Assembly: GCF_964355755.1 (NCBI RefSeq)
Contig: NC_092670.1
Span: 32,166,388 to 32,230,387, forward strand
Direction of reading: 5' to 3'
Origin: Antedon mediterranea
Taxonomy: Eukaryota > Animalia > Echinodermata
Length of the DNA stretch: 64,000 nucleotides
The notes under the pieces are model-generated. The model saw only the letters and a list, made by a program, of their open reading frames with translations, searched no databases and was not told the DNA's origin. Below, one piece after another: positions 58,201 through 64,000 of this stretch; the first letter of the stretch is position 1; every line of letters begins with the position of its first letter. A program made the translations under genes and the position numbers.

Positions 58201-61200
58201 AAAAATAAGGCTGCTGTCATACAGTATTTTCAATGTTTGAATAAATGTCTTTGGCTGCTGTCTATTCTATGTGTGCACTGTATAGAGTATCACGGTGTGA
58301 CGTCACAATGATAGAGGGCACTGCATGGTTGCTAGCTAACCAAAAAATGCGCTTAACGCTACTATGTTGATAAACTGTAAAGATCTGTATTTCTATCAAA
58401 TTATGTATCTTAGCTTGATTTTTTTTAACTTAAACTGTAGTTGAAGAATAAATAGATTATTAAAAACAAATATTTAGTGATCTTTGGAAATTTTAGTTTG
58501 TTTTTATTGAAAATTATTAAGTTTTAAAATGACTACTTCAAAAAGCCTATTCCAAACCATTGGTGACCTTGGAGTCACTCATGCAAGTTGAATGCATTTT
58601 TGGAAAAAAATACTTTTCAATGTAATCTTACCCCAGGCCTCAGGTAGTAATTTCCTCACACTTGTCGTCCTCATTTCTGAGAAAAATGCTCCACGATGAA
58701 TGCACCGAAAATGTGAGATATACCTCATAAAGTTAAGCTTGTCTGCCACAACTGTTAAACCAGCAGCCTACAGACAAACATTAAGCAATCAGTTAGATTT
58801 AATTGAGCTCTGTCTACACTATCAAACGAGTTTGACAAAAAAAATGTGATGTTCCCATGCAAATATGGTAGTGATATGACATCATTTCCATAATTATAAA
58901 CTCATACCTGCATTAGTCCAAGTCCTGTTTTAGAGTTAAGATTGCCAGTGGCGAGTAGATACTCCATAGGTCGCGAGAGGTCACTTACATGACACATAGC
59001 ATCGGACATTGTCTCTGAAAAAAGCAAAATAGAAAGAATAATACAACAAGTAATTGATGATCAAGTAGAATGGACATATTAATGTTAGGGTAGATTTCAT
59101 TAAACCAAAACTTACTCAGTTCAACCTTAAATGTCTGGCCTTTACTTTTTGCCGCTTTCTCCAAATTCATCCTAACACCTACCAACCAATTCTCCATTTT
59201 TTCCTAATAAAATAGAAAAATTATTAACACAAAATTCTAAATTATGTTTTTTTTTTATTATCTTACAATTATGTCACACAAAAAAAACATTCCCACTGAC
59301 TGAATGAATATTACTATTTACAGTATAAACTGAATATAATATAATGAATATATTTTTGTCTTTCTTTCTGTCCATTTTACTTTCTGTAAATGTTATCTTC
59401 ATTAAATAAACAGTACGCTATAGTATTTGTAAATTTTTTTAATTTTAAGCCAACTTAAAGCCTGCACAAATATTCCTGAGTTCGGATTGGTTGCGCATTT
59501 ATTCACTTCAAAAGAAGTAGATTAAAATATTACTATGCATCAACTCTTTTTCGATTCGGCAAAAAAAAAATTGCCTAGTAGAAAAAGGGCTGTGATAAGG
59601 TGGCATCCATGATAGTACAGACTACATTTGGTAGATAAAATAATTACTGACAGATTTATGGTTGAACCTGGAATTTACAATTACCTTGAGTACCATGAGG
59701 TAGAGATGACCTGCAAGAAGTACTTCGTGGTTCATGGTGCTATCTGTACTTTCCTGACAACATTCACCTTTTGCAAAAGCGTAGAGCTTCCTTGCCATGA
59801 ATCTGCAATAGAAAAGAAAAAAGGAAAATGTCTAATTTGGCAACCGGAGAGAAGAGAAGACAGGAGTAGGCCAATTGTTGAATGTCGGTATGGTATATTC
59901 TATAATTTAGTAAATTCAGTGATCAAGTAAAACATGACTTTAACATGTGATGCCTGCCATGTATTATAGATCCTAAGGCCTAACCATAACCTTATCATAA
60001 CACAGGTGTCACATGTGATACATATGTGACAATGTATCGCAAACTTCGACTATGATACTGGATATAATTTGTTATTTGTGGTGATACAGTATTGGAAAGT
60101 TGGTTTCTGATGACGATTGTTCAAGAAAACTAAATTCACGTTCTTCAAGGCTGAGATAACAAAAACACCTAGTCTATTACAGTAACACTTACATGAGTGC
60201 GTTGAACTTATCTTGGTCAGTTGGCGCATGTACGCATATACAGTGATGTAGTAGAAACGTTGTCACCTCCGTGTCTGTATACCACTCAGGTATGTTTAAC
60301 TTGAAGCGAAACCTCTCGCCAATGTACTTCAATATGGCTGATCTTGTTGTTAGTGACTGGTCCTGTGCTTGTCGTAGCATACTGTTCACACATCTGCAAA
60401 TTTTAATTAAAAAATGTAATAAATATAAATTGCATATACAAAAAGTGGACAAATTGTGAAAATGCCTGGGTTTGTGAGTAAGGCTACTTTAGTAATGTTT
60501 TCTATGTCAACAGACCATTTATCTTTTCATCTGTCCATATTTGTAATGATCTGCCATAAGTTATTAAAGAGGCAACATCAATCAATATTTTTTTTTTGTC
60601 TTAAGCGACATCTTTTTTCTTCTTATTTTGGTAAGATAGGATAGACAGATGCCTTTTTCACTTTAACTCCAGTGAATTCTGTTCCGGCGAGCTCGCATAT
60701 GGGAACATCAAAGTGCTGGAGAACGAAGCGGTGTAAATGGTTCCTCTGCTTCCCCTTCATTTGTTGGTTATCTTAGGATATTTTATGGATAATTTTTGTG
60801 TGTAAAGAGCTTAGAAACGTTTTATTAGGCACTGCTTAAGACTACCAGTATTATTATTAATGAACAAATATTTAACCAGTTTCTGGAGCTCCCAAAAACC
60901 TTACAATAGACCTCTAGAGAAACTTTTTCTTTGAAACAGACTAATCTATATGCCTATTTATTATAGTGAATTTGCTGATGCACAACTTGATACATACCCA
61001 ATAAGAAATGTGTTCTCTTTTTGCCCCATCAGTATTTGGTTAAAAATGTTTTGATCAGTTGTATTCACCAATGCCTACAAAAACAAAAAATAAACAATAA
61101 AACCAATCAAGAAGCTGCCAGTGGCACATCCAGGATTTTGAAATAGGGGTGGGGGTTGTGAAATGTGAAAATTGTATTACAATTTGTGAATTTAGAGGGG

Positions 61201-63108
61201 GCCCCGGCCCGGGTTGGCTGGGCCCTCTTGAATCCACCCCTAAGCTCAGAGTAAATTAATTTGCAAACAAATATCAGTTTTCTGAAGAAGTGCTAATAGT
61301 GACAATAAAATGTGTACAATTTTCACATCTGCATAAATTTGTACAAACTTGTAACCATGTTTGATCTTTCGATTTATTAAAAGTTTTCATACATGCATAG
61401 GCAAACCGTGAAAACTCTCGGGAGAAAGCATAATTGCGCACTGATTGATTACTATGATTGGTTTTTTGATTACCTGAGCGCACAGCAACTTGGAACCAAA
61501 AAACATGATGAAAGGTTATATATCAACTCGGCTGTCGCCTCGTTGATATATAACCTTTTCATAATTCACCTCATGCCATTGTTTGTACAATTACCCTCGT
61601 CATTCATTATTTGTATACTATTCTAAGGCATCTTTTTATATGCCTACTTGAATTCTAAAAAGCCTTCAATCTTCAATAGTTTTACCTTGAGAATGAGTAG
61701 TAGCGGCACAAAAAACTGCTCTTTACGATATATGAAACTCAACACAGCATTTCCATTACTCAAATAATGAAGGATCAAATTCTAAGATGAAGAAGTAATT
61801 AAATCAATAAATATAATAACTAATATACAACAATGAAAGTAATTAAGTAAAGTAACAAAGCATAACACTTCCCATACATCTTTAAATTTTACATCTTTTC
61901 CCATGTACTAAAGCTCCGTCTACCTGTACATTATCAAACTTTATGTGACAAACAAATGTGATGTGCCCAAATGGTAGTGATATGCCTAAATATGGCAGGT
62001 TGATATGACAGCATTATGTCCATATATGGGCACATCACATAACGTTTGATAGTGTAGATAGAGCTCAAGGCTTTTTTGCAATATGGAATATTTGATATAA
62101 TTATATTAAAGTAGTTTATTTTTACAACCACATGAGCAGAATAGTTCAATTCTAAAGGGCTTTTATTACTTTAATGAAACTTTAAAGCAAATTTACAGAC
62201 AATCGGTAAAGGTAAAAAAAAAATGTGTGCTTGTCCCACATAGAATTCATATCCTGATCATGGTTTCTGCTCAACTGCCCGTCCGCTCCACATTTTGTGT
62301 AATGGTCATAAGAAATGACATAGGTTCTATATTTTTTTTTTCTGCTTACCATTTACTGCTACCACTCGTCTAAATCGGCCATTAGATTAGAAAAAACTTA
62401 CTGTGGTTGTTTGGTCACTTCTTACACTGCGCATGACAACACCAAACTCTGTAAAGCCTTTCCCTCTCATTTTCCACTGTGGTCGTTTAATTGTCATTGG
62501 CTACAAATTACAAACAAGTGGGTAAATAAATGACAATACTGTAATTAGAAGACCAGTCAAAAAAATATGAAAATCCACTATATTTAACCAAAACAAATCA
62601 TTTTAGGTAATTTGGATGCTAATAGACCCACAGCAGCAGTATAATTAGCAAACCAAGAGATTTCTACTGTCTTAAATCATGTACCAAGTTCCTGATCGTG
62701 CATGTGTATTGTATGTGCAAGGGACCAACATATTCATATCACATCTGAAGGTTGAGGCAATGACAGCATAAATGAATTATGCGTTTTTTAATGCATAGGC
62801 ACAATTTATTCCGAGAAAGACTTGAAAACTCATGCCTCTTATATGCTAGTTCGATTCCCTTAGCAATACGTCATATTGCTTTCGGAAAACGTAACCCCAA
62901 TTTGTATTAGTCGACTTTGGTGAATTTCCTATCAAAACAAGGTCTTGTGGCCCGACAAAATATTTACCATATTTCTTCTGGTCATAATCAGCATTCTCAT
63001 GACCTTCTCAATGCCGTTTACAATGTAGTATCCACCCATCTCGTCCTCCTCTTCTTTCCTCTTAATCAGTTGGGCTGGGCTTAGACCATGTAAATTACAT
63101 GCCTTGCT
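49262..63108 (-). CDS. POLR1B: DNA-directed RNA polymerase I subunit RPA2, 22 exons visible, 5' exons beyond the window
   Basis: Phase-consistent GT-AG exons: 62968-63108, 62402-62500, 61686-61781, 60998-61074, 60193-60393, 59685-59802, 59116-59203, 58908-59014, 58632-58767, 57927-58000, 57004-57210, 56370-56567, 55983-56090, 55283-55459, 53370-53511, 53164-53260, 52460-52601, 52157-52313, 51742-51867, 51315-51442, 50679-50843, 49262-49468. Motifs [99 protein letters not shown] and a C4 zinc finger. HTPDG, GYDMED and QRLRHMV are the Pol I forms. Confidence 0.95.
49559..50048. mobile_element. Nested MITEs in the last POLR1B intron
   Basis: Outer about 45-bp inverted repeats TATAAAACTGACTCCAAATAAACGAGAGGCAAGCCATGATTCAAC. 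Inner element 49615-49990 has TIRs AGCCGATTTTTCACTAGGCGAATTTGTTCGCGCGAA and a TAA target duplication (Harbinger-like). Confidence 0.85.
51518..51672. repeat. 15-bp minisatellite (CCTAACTTGCCTAGR), about 10 units, intronic
   Basis: Directly visible tandem array between POLR1B exons. Confidence 0.95.
52790..53025 (+). mobile_element. Possible tRNA-derived SINE
   Basis: B-box-like GGGTTCAAGTCC near 52850 and an A-rich tail near 53013-53024. A box not clear. Confidence 0.35.
54237..54273 (+). ncRNA. Degenerate minimal type I hammerhead ribozyme motif (Penelope-like element relic)
   Basis: GCA-CTGATGA-A-GGGC tagtgtt GCCC-AAAA-GC-TC-TGC: stem I GCA/TGC, core CUGAUGA, stem II GGGC/GCCC, UH site, but AAAA in place of GAAA. 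Confidence 0.45.
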
Positions 63109-63242
63109 CTGGTAAAATTGAGACATAAGAAATGCATAAATAATTAAGTGTTAAAATATACTGTTTTACAAATCTGACACCTTTCAAAAAATATCAGCCA
63201 ATGTAATAATCATGGAATCATATTTTGGTTAAAACAAAGTTA

Positions 63243-64000
63243 GCCTTATTCTCATTGTAATACCTTATTCTCATTGTAATACCTTATTCTCACTGTAATA
63301 CAGTAGCTTATTCTCATTGTTATAGCTTATTCTCATTGTCATACCTTATTCTCATTTTCATACCTTATTCTTATTGTAATACCTTATATTCTCATTGTAA
63401 TACGTTATTCTCATTGTAATACCGTATTCTCACTGTAATACCTTATATTCTCATTGTAATACCTTATTCTCATTGTAATACCGTATTCTCACTGTAATAC
63501 CTTATTCTCATTGTAATACCTTATTCTCATTGTAATACATTATTCTCATTGTAATACCTTATACTCATTGTAATACCTTATTCTCACTGTAATACCTTAT
63601 TCTCATTGTAATACCTTATTCTCATTGTAATACCTTATTCTCATTGTAATACATTATTCTCATTGTAATACATTATTCTCATTGCCATACCTTTTATTCT
63701 CACTGTAATACCTTATTCTCATTGTAATACCTTATTCTCATTGTAATACCTTATTCTCACTGTAATACAGTAGCTTATTCTCATTGTCATAGCTTATTCT
63801 CATTGCCATACCTTATTCTCATTGCCATACCTTATTCTCATTGTCATCCCTTATACTCATTGTAATACCTTATTCTCATTGTAATACCGTATTCTCATTG
63901 TCATAGCTTATACTCATTGTAATACCTTATTCTCATTGTAATACCGTATTCTCATTGTCATAGCTTATTCTCATTGCCATACCTTATTCTCATTGCCATA
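63243..64000. repeat. 20-bp minisatellite (CCTTATTCTCATTGTAATAC-type), intronic, runs off the window
   Basis: More than 35 tandem units with variants (CACT/CATT, GTCAT, GCCAT). Confidence 0.97.

Overview
AT-rich eukaryotic genomic DNA with GT-AG introns, LINEs and MITEs. It looks like a metazoan invertebrate, possibly an echinoderm (inference only). Left part: an intronless class A GPCR and a six-coding-exon BTB-BACK-Kelch gene, both on the minus strand. Right part: 22 exons of the RNA polymerase I second-largest subunit gene POLR1B (minus strand, 5' end outside the window). Between them (about 11.2-47.6 kb) lies a plus-strand tandem array of single-coding-exon type I membrane receptors, labelled A-G here: six long ORFs, one transposon-disrupted pseudogene and three orphan tail remnants. 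Each has a signal peptide, Cys-rich Ig-like domains, a stalk, one TM helix and a tyrosine-motif tail. The main observation is that two ectodomain classes each occur with two tail classes (...HYFVLES and ...DGYLEI), with the switch just after the last Ig-like domain. All six long-ORF copies share a fixed 20-bp ETS + C/EBP-like upstream element. This resembles a paired immune-receptor system diversified by unequal crossover or gene conversion. Function and novelty cannot be established from sequence alone.
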